This document shows, one piece after another, positions 41,501 to 55,489 of a stretch of DNA of 64,000 bases. Within the stretch, counting starts at the first letter, position 1; each line of letters begins with the position of its first letter. A program made the position numbers and the translations under genes. The notes under the pieces were generated by a model. It was not told the origin of the DNA. It saw only the letters and a program-made list of their open reading frames with translations, and ran no database searches. The stretch is from Chrysomallon squamiferum (lineage: Eukaryota; Animalia; Mollusca), in assembly GCA_012295275.1 (NCBI GenBank), contig CM022676.1, positions 310,001 to 374,000 on the forward strand, read 5' to 3'.

Positions 41501-42962
41501 CTTTAAATATCATCAAACATACTTGCTGGCTGATCACTGCATAACATATTTGGCATGGTGTTAAGGATACACATCCAACAACATCAGAACAGGTGTTCCT
41601 TTTGGTTCAATCAGTCAGTTATTTGTGGGTATGCTTCACACGACTGTAACCGTACTGTGGTCTCCATAAAAGACAAACTCACAAGTTATTGTTCTCATTT
41701 CAACAACACTCACACAGCCTCAGTAACAGATGACAACCCTAAGCTACATGAATCCCAGGCAGTAACAAAAACAAGTCATGAGACCAGTAGGAAAATATTT
41801 CAGACATCATTGGACAGTGATATTCAGTCAATGGAGCCATATTTACAGAATGCACATAAACTGAAATATTCACTATAAAAACATTTACTTGCAATATTAA
41901 CAACAAAAATCATTCATTTGAAATGTTAACAAAAAATATATTTACTTGAAATATTAACAACAAACACCATTTAAATGAATATTTTGCAACAGAAACATTC
42001 ACTTCAAATATTAACAAAAAAACACCATGAAATCTTCATGTGCTTGAAATATCAAAAAAACAGAAGAAAGAAAAGATACATTTATCTGAAATGTTAACAA
42101 GATCAAATAAAATAATCACTTGATATATATAAAATGTAATGTGTTAACATTATAACAGATGTATATTAATAAAAAAAAATTAAGAATTAAAAAGCCAAAC
42201 ATCTTTATCTTCAAATATATAAATCTGTTTGTTAACAGCCATCATTATGAAACAAGATGAAGTATGTAAAAGTAGTTGCCAGCTACGTAACGGTGTGTTA
42301 TCAACTATGAACAATTTTACTAGTGGGAAAAAACACATCTCTTGTCACCATATATGTATTTGTGTGTGGTTAACATCTAGCTGGTTAACAAAATTATACA
42401 TGTATAATACAAGTCATTATCAGCAACAAAAGAAATAAAATAAAAATAACATTGTCCAATAGCATATATTTTAACATTTCAGTACTTAACTAGAATTTAA
42501 ATTTAGATGTTTAATTTCTTTTAGTGAATAAATAAACAATTCAACAAACAAAAAAACAAAGCATTTCAATATCACAGACAGTTAGAGCCAGAAGTCATAG
42601 AAGATTATATCAGTCTGTATCCAGATAGAACATTCAAAGTAAGAACGTTCATGTTTGTGTATCTCTAACTTTATCACAGGTATATCTAACAACAATTTAT
42701 TTGTTTTCTTCAGTGGTCAGTAACATTTTAGTTACAATTTTTACAAATGGAACCAAGATGTGTTGTTTTTTTTACCTCAGATTTATCTGATGTTAAAGGA
42801 ACTGATGACTATCAGATATTATCATATTAATATATGTTGCACATTAATTGCCCTAAGTCTCTTATCAAACTGTAACTGTCTTCTTCACACCCAGGTGATC
42901 GGGTTCACACACTGCTGATGAGATGTTGGGATTATTTATAATTTCTTCTTTTTACTTCCAAG

Positions 42963-45900
42963 CTACACTGAAGCAAGACTAGCAGACCTGTTCCAAAACA
43001 ACAAAAATTTAACACATCTTTATTACAGCTCTTCTCTTTATCTATCTGTCTCTCTCACACACACACACATAGTCACACACAGAAACACACACACACACAC
43101 ACACACAGACACAAACACAGAGACACACACACACACATACTCACACACAGACACAGTCACACACACAACACATACAAGCTCATATAAGCTCACAAACACA
43201 TAAAATACACTGACACATAATACACATACACTTTATTTTTGTTTGTTAATAATTGAAGTGAATGTTTCATTGTTCTTGTTAATAAATACCTATGATAATG
43301 TTACCAAATAAACTACAGTTAAGAAACACCCACACATACAAAAAACAAAAATACCCTTATTACATAATAACAAAAAGAGACATACAAAGGTGGAAAAAAA
43401 CAAAATTCCTACCAGTTTCACCTATGGTCATGATATAATAAACATCTCCCATGATGAAAAACAAAAACAGTAAAACCTGTAAGCATGGTATGAACTGAAT
43501 ATTACAGGACAGTTACCATCAATTAGTTTACTCATCTTACACATTTACAACAAAAGAGTTAGATACGATAGTAGGAAACTATCAGACATAGTTCACAGAC
43601 ATTACAAAATAACCTCACACCTCACCTTGCAGACGTGACAAATGTATTAAAATACAGTGGTACCTTGACTTACAAGTTTACCCAATTTGGTCATATATCA
43701 AATAAATGTTCCCGAATGAAATTAATTGAAATACCATCAATCCATTCCAGCCCCCAAAAAACCACCCCAATTTTTTGTAACATGTTTTTAAATAAGAAAA
43801 ATGTATTTATAAATGACAAATATTGTTTAAAAACAAAATAAAAGAGAATGTAAAACAATAAATTGGTTTTGTAAAGTGTACAGGGTTAGGGTTTCTCCAT
43901 CTTTTCATGGACAGAGGTCCACAGCAAGGAACTTATTTTAACACCTTTGGCTGGAGTTATAACCTTTATCGATTCCTTCTGCTTCAGTATGGTATATATA
44001 GTAAAAACCATGTTGACTATATGCACACCTCGCTCATGTTTTTCTATGATTTCATGCTTTAATTCAATGGACATAATCTGCTTCTTCTTTTTCTCAGCAC
44101 TGTCCTTTGCACTCACTTTCTTAGGATCCATGGAAATTTGGCAATATACTGCACAAAATGTGAGCATAAAACAACAGAGATGCTTCCATGGCAAGGTAAC
44201 CATGTGAAGCAAATGAATGAGATGCAAGATGCTGGGAGAATGGTGTATTGTTTGTTGTGCCAACAAGCAGCGACGTATCAGAAGCTCACCCATATCTCAG
44301 ATTTTGGCTTGCTTTGAGGCGACTGCTTTGTAATTTGGAAAACTCACAAGCTATGCACCCATATCTCAAGGTACCACTGTACCTGTTTAGAGCCAATAAA
44401 TTAATCTATGAGTGTTGTATTTTTATTGGTAAGTCTTGTCAGCAACAGTACACGTGACTGATTTAACTTGTCACCTGACTTCAGTAACACAGTTACTAAC
44501 TGGTTGACTGCTGCAGTGCATGATAACCAATGAAACCCATTCTGCTCCCCTTAATAAAAAATCTGAACTCAAGTTCATTTCATAAAAACTGCAATTTAAT
44601 TTTTTTTTTAAATGAAACACAGCAGTCAACAGCCTATTTCATCACATTACCCAAACATTACAACTTGATATATAAAACAACAAACTCAAGATACAGCTGA
44701 TGATTTCAAAGACACTTCCTCTGAGACAAGATGGTTGCTAGGTTGATAATCTTCAGGCCTTTCTTTGAGTAACATGTCAGTGTTCATCACCATACAATAG
44801 CAGCATTATGTATAAACCTCTAATCTCTTGACTGAATGATTTCTTTAATTATGCTTAAATATGTTTTGACGCTGAAAAAAACAACTTGTCACTGAAGTAG
44901 ATAAATTATTTTATTTATTTTATTTAGTTTTCTTCTGATCCAGTGATCCTGAATGAAAATATATTGAAAGTGGGACAGCAAAATTACATTTTCAAAAAAC
45001 AATATCTGTCCCTGTAAAATTTATAGTAAAATTTATACACACACACAAACCTATATATATACATCATACATGCAAACAGAAATATATAAACACACACACA
45101 CAAATATATACACAAACATATACACACACACACACATATAAATATATATACACACATTATACATACACTAGCACAAACACAATGATGCAAATACTAAACA
45201 TTATCACAAACATATACACTACACATACAAACAGAAAGATACACACACATACACACAAACACTATCGCAAGTATATAAATTACACAACATAAACAAATAT
45301 ATACAATAAATACAATGCAGACATTCATACATACGTACCAACACAAATACACTCACACATACGGAACCATGTAAAAACTCAAAAACACAAATGTACACAC
45401 AAACACAAACCTTTTCTTCTTTTTCCATAAAGCAAATGCAAGGATTCCTGCTATAAGTAGCAGTATGATTGGGACAACTGCTGCAGTTGTTGTTTCTGAA
45501 GTTGTCATTACTTGTGGACCTATATCTGAAAAAGAACAGTGATTTCTATGTATTAACCTTTGAAATATGCATTACTCTCGACTGTTTATCAGTAGAAAAT
45601 AGATACATTAATACAGAGAAACAGTGAATGACTGAGAGAAAAATGTTAAAATGCAAGAGATAGACACTGAGTGATAAAATGGTGCTCAGTTTTAAGGACT
45701 ATATATTTATCAGGACAGTAACAGAAAATGACATCAGGGTTGTCACTCTAAACAGTGTAGTTCAAAATATAAATATATGTTGTTATTTTATGTAAAGCTA
45801 TCCATCTGATTCTAATTTGTACATAATTACAGACCTCTAGAAAACAACAACAGCATATGACCTACTAGTCAGTGATTTCTATTTGCTAATCGAACAATAT

Positions 45901-48900
45901 GGTTTCTAAATTATTTTATAATGATAGACAGGGAGTAACTGCACAAGATGTAGAAGTGATAGTAATTGAAAGAACTAGTGACAATAATGATAGACAGTGA
46001 GTAATAGAGATACTATGATGATAGCAAAAGAAATAGAAACAATAATGATAGACAGTGAGTAATAGAGAGACACTATGATAGCAAAAGAAATAGAAACAAT
46101 GATAGACTGAGTAATAGAGACACTATAATGATAGCAAAAGAAATAGAAACAATAATGATTGACAGTGAGTAATAGAGAGACACTATGATAGCAAAAGAAA
46201 TAGAAACAATAATGATAGACAGTGAGTAATAGAGAGACACTATAATGATAGCAAAAGAAATAGAAACAATAATGATAGCAGTGAGTAACAGAGAGACACT
46301 AATATGATACAATAGAAAGAAATAGAAACAATAATGATAAACAGTGAGTAAAAGAGAGACACTATAATGATAGTAATATTAACACAGCAAAAATAGTAAT
46401 AGAATAACATAGTAACAGAGACAGAGACAATTACAGATAATGAATAAACAAGAGACACAATAGTGATAGCAAGACAAAGAGACACAGCAGAGTAATGAGT
46501 AACATACAAATTGGCTTGCACACTGAAATTGGAAGCTATATTAAAGACAATAACATGATTATATAATGTATTGATGTTACACTTTACTGCATTATTATTT
46601 TATTATGTGTTTATATCATTTATTATTTTCTGTTTAATAAATAACTTCAATTTCAAATTAAAAATATGAATTGCTATGACGTGGAAATAGCCTTAAAAAT
46701 GTTCAAACCATCTATTTCATGGATATTAAAGAAAATATTAGAACAGATATTTCTGGAAAGATATCACAAATGATTGTGACATGAAGATGTTTTAATTTTT
46801 TTTCTATATAATTAAGACAGAACAGTAAAAAGTAAAGAAAGTTTTAACATGGAGTATAATGTTTACAATAAACATGTGTTTTTGTTTGTGATTAAAAGAA
46901 AAACATAGAACTTACCTGGCTTCATCAAATGTATCTTCACAATGACCCGTGAATAGTCCGAATAGCAAGAATACACACCAAAGTCATTAAGAGTAACATT
47001 GATGCTAAGTATGTTACCCGTTTCATCCAGTTTCTTGTCTTCAAACTTCCATATGTACACTGTGTCTTCATGGTCATCTAGTTCACAATTCATTTGCACA
47101 GGGTCGCCGATATTTACTTCTATTACTTGGTTAACTGCAATTGTCTTTACTAAAATTTTCACTCTCTCTGAGAAAAACAAGAAAAAAAAAAAATAATAAT
47201 AATAATAAGATATATACATATATACAAATTCTCTTACAAAAAATTAAAACAAATATAATTATCACAAAAAAATGTTTAAAGGTATGGATGCTAAACAGAT
47301 ATAATGACAGTTTTGCTGGATACTATTTCTTAAGTTATTGCTGGATGCACAATAGTATTCTGTAAACCAGTCAATATTCACCTCATGGAAAATTTAACCA
47401 TAATAATTCTATATAGTTTCACTCAACACTCAGTTATAAAATCTTCACACCCATTACTGAATTTTTACTCACTCACATGCAATATAATATTTACAATCTG
47501 TGTTCAGTTAGCAGTTACTCAGTGCATGTAATTTTATTTAGTGAAATTTCCCTGACAAAATATTTTTTCTTTATCTATCAATATATCTATATATTTTGCA
47601 GGAGTCTTTTCTCTTTCAAGACATACATTTATGATTTCACACTGAATTATTATAATTTGGCTGGTATTTCTGCAGGAATGGGAGAGTTATATTTAACTTA
47701 ACAATACTTTTTTTAAATAGTATTCACCACTGCTAAAATTATCATAAATGTATATGTATATTTTTTTGGATTTAAACATTAATGATGGAAGTGATGAAAA
47801 TCAGAAAAAATCCTGCAGCTCTTTAGCTGGTGTTCCACAGCATTCTCCTTAGAATTTATCTATGACTATATTGGAATGTATGTGTGCATTTCATAAAATA
47901 TCATGCTTTATTAAGCTCATTAACATTACACCACAACCTTTTTTGCAAAACTTACATTATTATGCAAAGTGAATGAGTTTTATGAAAACTGGTTTGTCTG
48001 GTAATGTAAAACATAACATTGAAGATATGTGAAAACCATGGCTGTGATATTCACTGTGATGAAAACTGGTTTGTCTGGTAATGTAAAACATAACATTGAA
48101 GATATGTGAAAACCATGGCTGTGATATTCACTGTGATGAAAACTGGTTTGTCTGGTAATGTAAAACATAACATTGAAGATATGTGAAAACCATGGCTGTG
48201 ATATTCACTGTGATGAAAACTGGTTTGTCTGGTAATGTAAAACATAACACTGAAGATATGTGAAAACCATGGCTGTGATATTCACTTTTCGAAGAACATA
48301 AAAAACACTGCTTATTAAGGATTTATGAGTCAATGATTCCATGAAAACAGAGGGTATATTTCTTTCTTTGGTTCACTATTTCATGACAGTTGCCAAATTA
48401 AACTGCTTTAAATCACTAGGATATAGTCTGAAATATTGCAATACATTGCTTAAATAATGCCTAATTAGATAATACCTAATTTGCATAAATTGAAAACTTT
48501 TGTTCAAACATAAATTCAAACATTTATTTACATTTTAGTTAAATGAAATTAATAGGAAAACATATTTGATGCTAAATGAAAATATTTAAACAAATTAAAA
48601 AAGTATTAAACTGTATCAAACTAATAATAGTAACAATTCTGAAAATATGACAAAGTAATAACAACAAAGTGACACAGTTTTAAGAATCAACAAAAAAGTC
48701 AAAAAAAACATTTACCAGTGATCTAGGCATTTTATATGCAAAGAATTAATTTAATGATAAATAACAACAACAATAATAATAAAAATGATGATGATGATGA
48801 TTATTATGATGATGATAATTCAAAATACTATTAAACGTGAAAAAAAAGCAAACAATACAAACAATAAAATAATTATGTAGGCAACAAAATAATAATAATT

Positions 48901-51393
48901 TAAAAAAATAAATAATAGCAAAAATAACAAGAACAACAGCTATAATAAAAACTATAGCAATTAACTAAGAACATCACAGATGAATTTTTGTAAGATGTAA
49001 TAATTTTTTTTTTTTTAATTTGTTTAAAAAAATATTTAAAACATATTTTAATTACCTTTCACTTTTAATGATACAAATCCAGATGCTTTACCAAGATTAT
49101 TGACTGCAAAACATTCATACTTTCCAGACATTTTAGGTCTTGGTAACTTTATGTACAAATACTTTGATTTCCCAAATTGTTTAGTATCATATTTATCATT
49201 TTTGGTGATGTCCTTTGAATCTTTCTTCCATGACACTTTTGGTGTTGGGTTACCATGAATGTCACATTGCATATTAAAATCTAATGCCTCCCATTCAATA
49301 ACATGTGATTTAACAGGGACTGACACTATAGGTGCATCTGTAGCAATAAAAACCAACATTTAAAACAATGAAGAAACATTATTCCACCTTGAAATCTATA
49401 CTGTCATCTATCATCATCTTCCTGCCATTTTTATGTCATACTAAAAAAACGGACAATGAAGGATAGTTACACGTACATAGACAGAATAAAGAAACTTTGA
49501 TTTAAATGTAAATCCAAGTGGGTCACAAATGACAACTGATCCCATTAATAACCACACATCAAATTTGTGTTTTAGTTCATCAAAATATTTAATTAACGTT
49601 TGTAAAATGTACACCTTATATATGTATACAATTTGCACTTTCAATAAAAATTATTTTATACTAAAAATATTCTGACAATGTATTTTGGAACCACACAACA
49701 AAAGGTTTATGTATATAATTATAATCAAGGGAGCAAATATGTTGTGAATTTGTTCACAGTTCTCTTGTTCTGTTGCTATTTAAACTTTAATACTGGCAAA
49801 AGTTTTAAACATAGCTGGGAGAATATAAACTCTGAACATTATTCACCCTTAGACTAAAATCAGGTTCAGTTGTTTACAAAAAAGCAAACTCAAGGCATTC
49901 CATAATAGTTAATCAAAATAGGGTTGTGTCACATTCCTTTTAGACAATGCATGACAATAAAGCGTGTAACATAGACTTCATAAACTTTAATTAGTTAAAT
50001 GAAATCTATTTAAGAAATAATCAACAACTCACATGTCACATTTAAAACAATGCTTCTGACGAGTTTGCTTTCAGGACGTGGAACAACACATGACAAATTT
50101 GCTCCATTTTCCTGCCAAGAGAATCTCCTTGCCAATGTGCTTGTTATATGAACTGTGAGATCATCATTTGTTTTATAATCATTTTCTGTTTTCACTTTCT
50201 CCTGACCAAGGTACCAATACAAACTCACTTTTGGAAAATTATTGTGTGCATCACATTTAAAAATTGCTGTTCTCCCAGCAGATGGTTTCTGAATAATTAC
50301 AATATCTGGAAGAGGTGGTTCAACTACAAAAAAACAAAACAAAATAAAATTCAAAAAAATAAAATATAAAAAAATTAATAGTAATAAAATTCAAAAATTT
50401 AAAATATAATAATATACACAAAAACTAAAGATTAGCTGCTTTCATTTTTAAAAAGCATTCCCCCTTTAATAATAGTAGTAATATCTAAGTTGTTTATTTT
50501 ATAAATTTATTTAATTTAATACATTATACTCACACATATAAAATTCATTTATTTTCAAACTAAAAATATTTTTGTTACATTGATGTTTGTAAGGAACAAT
50601 TGCTAAAGAGAATATTCAGGTTGTTATGGTGAATTTCCTCAGCTGAAAACACTGGAAGTATAAAATACCTTCACTTACCATTAACAACAACTCGCAAATC
50701 AGTACGCCTCGGTGGAAAATCACCATACGATGCTGTGCAAAAAATACGAAATCTTCTCTTGTTGAAAGTTCTATTGAATAGGAAAATGCCTATTGCACTA
50801 GCTTCCCAAATATCGTCTAGAACCATGAAAGCAAAATAGTCAACTTTCTCTGGCTTTTTAGGAGTATCTTCTAAGCTAATCATAAGTGAAGCATTAGCTT
50901 TATACAGTTGTTTAGAGCAAATAATTGTGGCATTTTTATTTTCTACTATATTTCCAATTCCAATCAAAGGAGCTGATTCTAAAGTAAATAAAGTTATAAT
51001 TTATCAAAAAAACAGGTCAACAACACTAATATGCACATGTTGATATGTGTACAAATTCCACACACACACGCACACACACACAGTTCATTAGCTACTGTAA
51101 TGTGTAATATTACTGCAATTAAACATCATAGACGAATAAAACAGAAAATGATTCATCTAACTACATCTTCTTTTCTTTCCCTTACTTTCTCTCATCGGTG
51201 GAGCATATTTCTCTGTCTCTTTCTTTCTTTCTCATACTATTTTTTTTTTTTAATTTCTTTTGCTTTTTAGTGGGAGGAGGACTTGTTCAAGCAAAGAAGA
51301 ATCAAGATACTTACCCATTGTGTATTTCTCATCAATGTCACTAGTTCCCACCAGTAAAGCTACTGCACACACTAACACAATAAAATAAAACAT
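42963..51393 (-). CDS. Gene C: IgSF receptor, signal peptide + 4 Ig domains + TM + very short tail (~447 aa); paralog of genes B and D
   Basis: Exons 51393-51315 (MFYFIVLVCAVALLVGTSDIDEKYTM), 50978-50679, 50323-50033, 49337-49056, 47167-46916, TM 45525-45411 (AVVPIILLLIAGILAFALWKKKK), 42987-42963 (RSASLASV*). Sum 1344 nt, in frame. Ig exon lengths 300/291/282 are identical to gene B. The last exon is less certain. Confidence 0.8.
43655..44379 (-). mobile_element. Internally deleted pogo/Tigger DNA transposon in the last intron of gene C
   Basis: Perfect 14-bp TIR CAGTGGTACCTTGA/TCAAGGTACCACTG with TA on both flanks; residual N-terminal HTH-like ORF MDPKKVSAKDSAEKKKKQIMSIELKHEIIEKHERGV. Confidence 0.88.
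45980..46375. repeat. Minisatellite, ~57-60-bp unit
   Basis: gatagcaaaagaaatagaaacaataatgatagacagtgagtaatagagagacactat repeated. Confidence 0.85.
47982..48286. repeat. 77-bp tandem repeat x4
   Basis: atgaaaactggtttgtctggtaatgtaaaacataacattgaagatatgtgaaaaccatggctgtgatattcactgtg repeated. Confidence 0.92.
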
Positions 51394-53442
51394 CTCCAAA
51401 CAAGTTTCTTTTTTCCTTTCTCACATTTTCTTTATTTAATCTACATCAGTAGAAAAAAAACTAAGTAAAATATTAATTAAAATATTTATAATTGATAAAT
51501 CAGGTTTTTGGTCTTGTGTATTTGTCTGTCTGTTTTTCCATTTATTTCCAGTGAATTCATTTTCTCCTGAACTAGTCCATTTTAATGTTTACATCAAAGA
51601 ATCAATATTTTTCTTTGGAACATGCTGAATTTAATAAACATAAAACAAATAAACAAAACAAAAACAAAGTTGTCACCAAGTCCATTTTTGATTGATAGAC
51701 TGAATGAAATAAAATGCATTTTGATTAACAAAACATTATTATTATTTTAATTTGATGTTTTATTGATGAAAGTACTATGATGACTTTTCCTCTTTTATTA
51801 TTTATTTATTTATTTTCTTAATATTATATGCATAAAGATATTTCCAAAGATGTGTAAACTGAATGTACAACTTTTTTATGCTGGTCTTTTTCTAACAATC
51901 TATTATTCTGTAGAAAATAATATTCATATGCACTGCTGCATATGTAAAGTTGCCAGAAATACAAACTACTGATATGATAACCAGAATATCTATATCCATT
52001 TAAAATCTACATATATCTTACCACTTTATTTAATTTACTGTCTGGATATAAGACATGAAAATAATGTATAATATTTATGATTTACTCAAATTCAGAAAAA
52101 AAAAAAAACAATATTTATACTGTTTTGGAAAAATGTTATATAAATAAACTGTACTGCTTTCAAATTTCTTCAAAAGTTCGTTTGATGGAGTTTATCTGAA
52201 ATGAAGTACAAAATTTAAAACCCCCAAAATTTACTAACGATAATAGGAAATTGTACCTTTTCTTTTAGCAGTCTGTTATACTTCTTTGATGACGTCGATT
52301 TTCTGCCATGACTAATGGGGGGGGACATACTTGATGATTGGTTAACTGCTGTAGCAGACGACTGAATTACAGTAAGTCTTCCTCTCCTGTAGGGCGGGCG
52401 ACATTGGTGGGAGTGAACTCTGCGAATCTAATGTAACTTATGTCATAAGTCGGGAAATAAAATTTTAGGTCATGCATCTCATAATTGATAATATACCTGT
52501 TACCAAGTGTCTAAATCTTGAAAGAACAGTACTGTTTCACACAAGTAAACTTTTATTACTGATAAAATCTCAAAACATTACAATCACGAAAAATTTGTAT
52601 CAGTCTTATAGACGCTGGTATTGACAAGGCGACATTCTTGGTTTCAGTGAATATTTAACCGTCAGTTGGTTCTTTTATTTTCAGTATATATAACCGTCAC
52701 TTACGACTGACGTGCGCAGATGTCGCATTTGTGGATGATTATATTTAATCTGGTTTGACGTGTTTGTAAGGTATATTCAGGATTTTTTCCCTCATTGAAA
52801 TAAAACAATAAAATATAATAATAATAATAAACTCCAAAAGGCCCACAGAAAGCAGCACCAAAAACAATAAACGAACAAATAACCGAGTTATTGATTTATT
52901 TAATTATTTATTTATTTATGATAATTTTATATGCCTATTTCTGGATTTGCCAAATAACGATAAAAATAAAATAAAATAAAATAGTAGTAGTAGTAGTAGT
53001 AGCAGCAGTAGCAGTAGTAAAAATAATATAATGCTAATAAATTAATTAATAAATAATAAATGAATATTAATAATTAAAGTTGATTAAATGGTTATTAACT
53101 GAATATAAGGAATATATCAAGCATATGAACAGTTAATTTTCAAATAGTATAGTTTTAAATGGGCATTCTTTGAAACATTTTCCGGCATTTTAACCTAACA
53201 CTTATCGTTACACTTTCCAAAAAGCTAGTACATAACAGCAACTCGCCATACTAGGGAGCCCGTATACAGTTCCAACTGAATGTTACTGTAGGATCTGCGT
53301 TGTCTTAAAATAAAATCTTTGAAACCTAATTTCTACTTTTTTTAATGAAAAACCTCAGTGATAGGCATATTTATAATTGATTAGTTCCTGGTAAAATTAC
53401 TACGGGAACAGAAAATTACTAAATCTATATGTGCCAAGCGTA

Positions 53443-53493
<51 letters not shown>

Positions 53494-53973
53494 TGATGAT
53501 GATGTGATAACAACGGTAGCAGTAGCATTAACAATAACAAACAACGACTACAACAATAAAATGTTAAATATCAAAAACAAATAATTGCACTGCGGCATAT
53601 AATTAGTTTATCGTGGGGTTTTAGTGTATGGGATGCTCAGTGTAGTCATAACCTAAAGCACGTCTTACTTCAAATAAGCTGTACCGAGATCGGCAAAAGA
53701 GAAAAAAACCTGAAAAAAGGTTCCAGAGGTCACGGAGCTATCAACTTAATGCAAAAACATGCTGAAGATGAAGTCAGTGAGTTGAAAAAGAAACGGAAAA
53801 ACTACTGGTTGCTAATATTGAAAAACTGACCAAGGTGTCTGAGAAATATACTGACAAAGCTGAGTCTACTGGTCCTGGTCTGCTTGTGAAGTCCAGTATC
53901 TTCAAAGAGCACCATCTACAACTAGTGACATGTACATGAATATTAAAAAGACAGTGTTTTCAAATCTGTAATC

Positions 53974-55489
53974 CAGTGGTTCTCAAACTTTTTGAAGTAG
54001 GGGTACACTTGAAGCCTTACAAAAAATTGCTGGCACACTACACACAAAATGCTAAGAAATATAATGCAAAATGTAAAAAAATACAGAAATGTCTGAAAGA
54101 AAGGTATATACCTTTATTCATCAAGTATTTTGTGCTGATGAGAAGTATGAGAAAATTGCAGTAAAATAGTTAAAGCTTTTTGGATATTGACTGCTATTCT
54201 TCTCTGATTGAAATCCAAATTTTCAAGACCAGATTCCTTATATTTAATCTTCAATCCATCGGTGGATGCATCTGCTAGTTCTTCTTCTTCGGTTAAAGTT
54301 AAACTAGCATCATCTGAAATTTCTATGAATGGATTTCTAATCCAAGCGTATTGTACAGTGTTAAGTGATGGAAAATAATAATTTAATTTATCTTCCAAAT
54401 TTGTCAGATGTTCAAGTATTAAGGAGAAGATATCATTTGTCAGGTAAGTAATTTTTTCTGAAATGCTTTCATTTTATCAATAGATGTCAAAATATTGTCT
54501 TCATTTCCTTGCATGCTAGTATTCAAAATACTGAGGTGCTGAAATATATCACTGGTCTTGTTAGAAAGCAGTGAGTTATGACGACATTTTAATTTTGCTA
54601 TTTTACAAAGGCTGCAAGGCCCTTGATGCAGCCTACCATTGATGCAGCCTACCATTGATGCAGCCTACCATTGATGGAGCTCTATCTGTACAAATGTCGA
54701 AACACGACTTCCATGAAATTTGCCATTTGCACAGGTAATTATTCAAAATATTGAAAAGATCTTCATCCTTTGTAGTCGTACTTAATTCTTTGCAAAAAAG
54801 AAATTGATTTACAATTTGATCTTCATCAGTAAAACGAATAAATGCTAAGAGCTGCGCTTTGTTGGCATTGTCTGTTGATTAGTCAGTTTGTAATGCAAAA
54901 TCTGAATACTGAAGTTTATTACTACAAATATGTTTCTCAGTATTAGAGGATATTTCTAGAATTTGTCTGTGGCCAGTATGTTTGGAAAGAGGGATCTTGT
55001 TTATTTCTTTTGCTGCTTTATCTCCCAGCACTGTCTTCACAATCTTCTTATACGCAGGCAGAATGAGTGACTCGCCTTAAGTATGAGCTTTCATATCAGC
55101 TCCGAAAGCTCGTAAGAAGCGATTTGTGCTTTTTCAGAAATCGTCAATATACTTTTGAAAGAGTTTCCTGCTATCGTCTTCTGTTCTAACAATCTTTTGA
55201 AATAACTTACAGATTTATCTTGTAAATGAGAGTGCTTGCTCATCAGCAAAAATTCGTCTCGAACGAGTTTAAAATCTTTTTCCGGGCAACCAGCTATTTC
55301 TTACAGGATATCTTTCCGCTCTTAACACAATAATAATGATCTGCCGTAAGGAACATTTTAATGCTGCAGTGTGGATATAATGTATTATAAATCAATTTCT
55401 CATCATCACAAATATCTATCTAGATTTTAGAATTTCGTGCGGCACACCTAAGCACCAGTGCGCCCGGACCCACCCTTTGAGAACCTCTA
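53974..55489 (-). mobile_element. Decayed hAT DNA transposon (Buster/Charlie; ZBED5/SCAND3-like transposase remnants)
   Basis: TIRs CAGTGGTTCTCAAA ... TTTGAGAACCTCTA; perfect 8-bp TSD CTGTAATC at 53966-53973 and 55490-55497; minus-strand fragments FALQTD*STDNANKAQLLAFIRF, LNTSMQG and WIRNPF, broken by stops and frameshifts. Confidence 0.9.
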
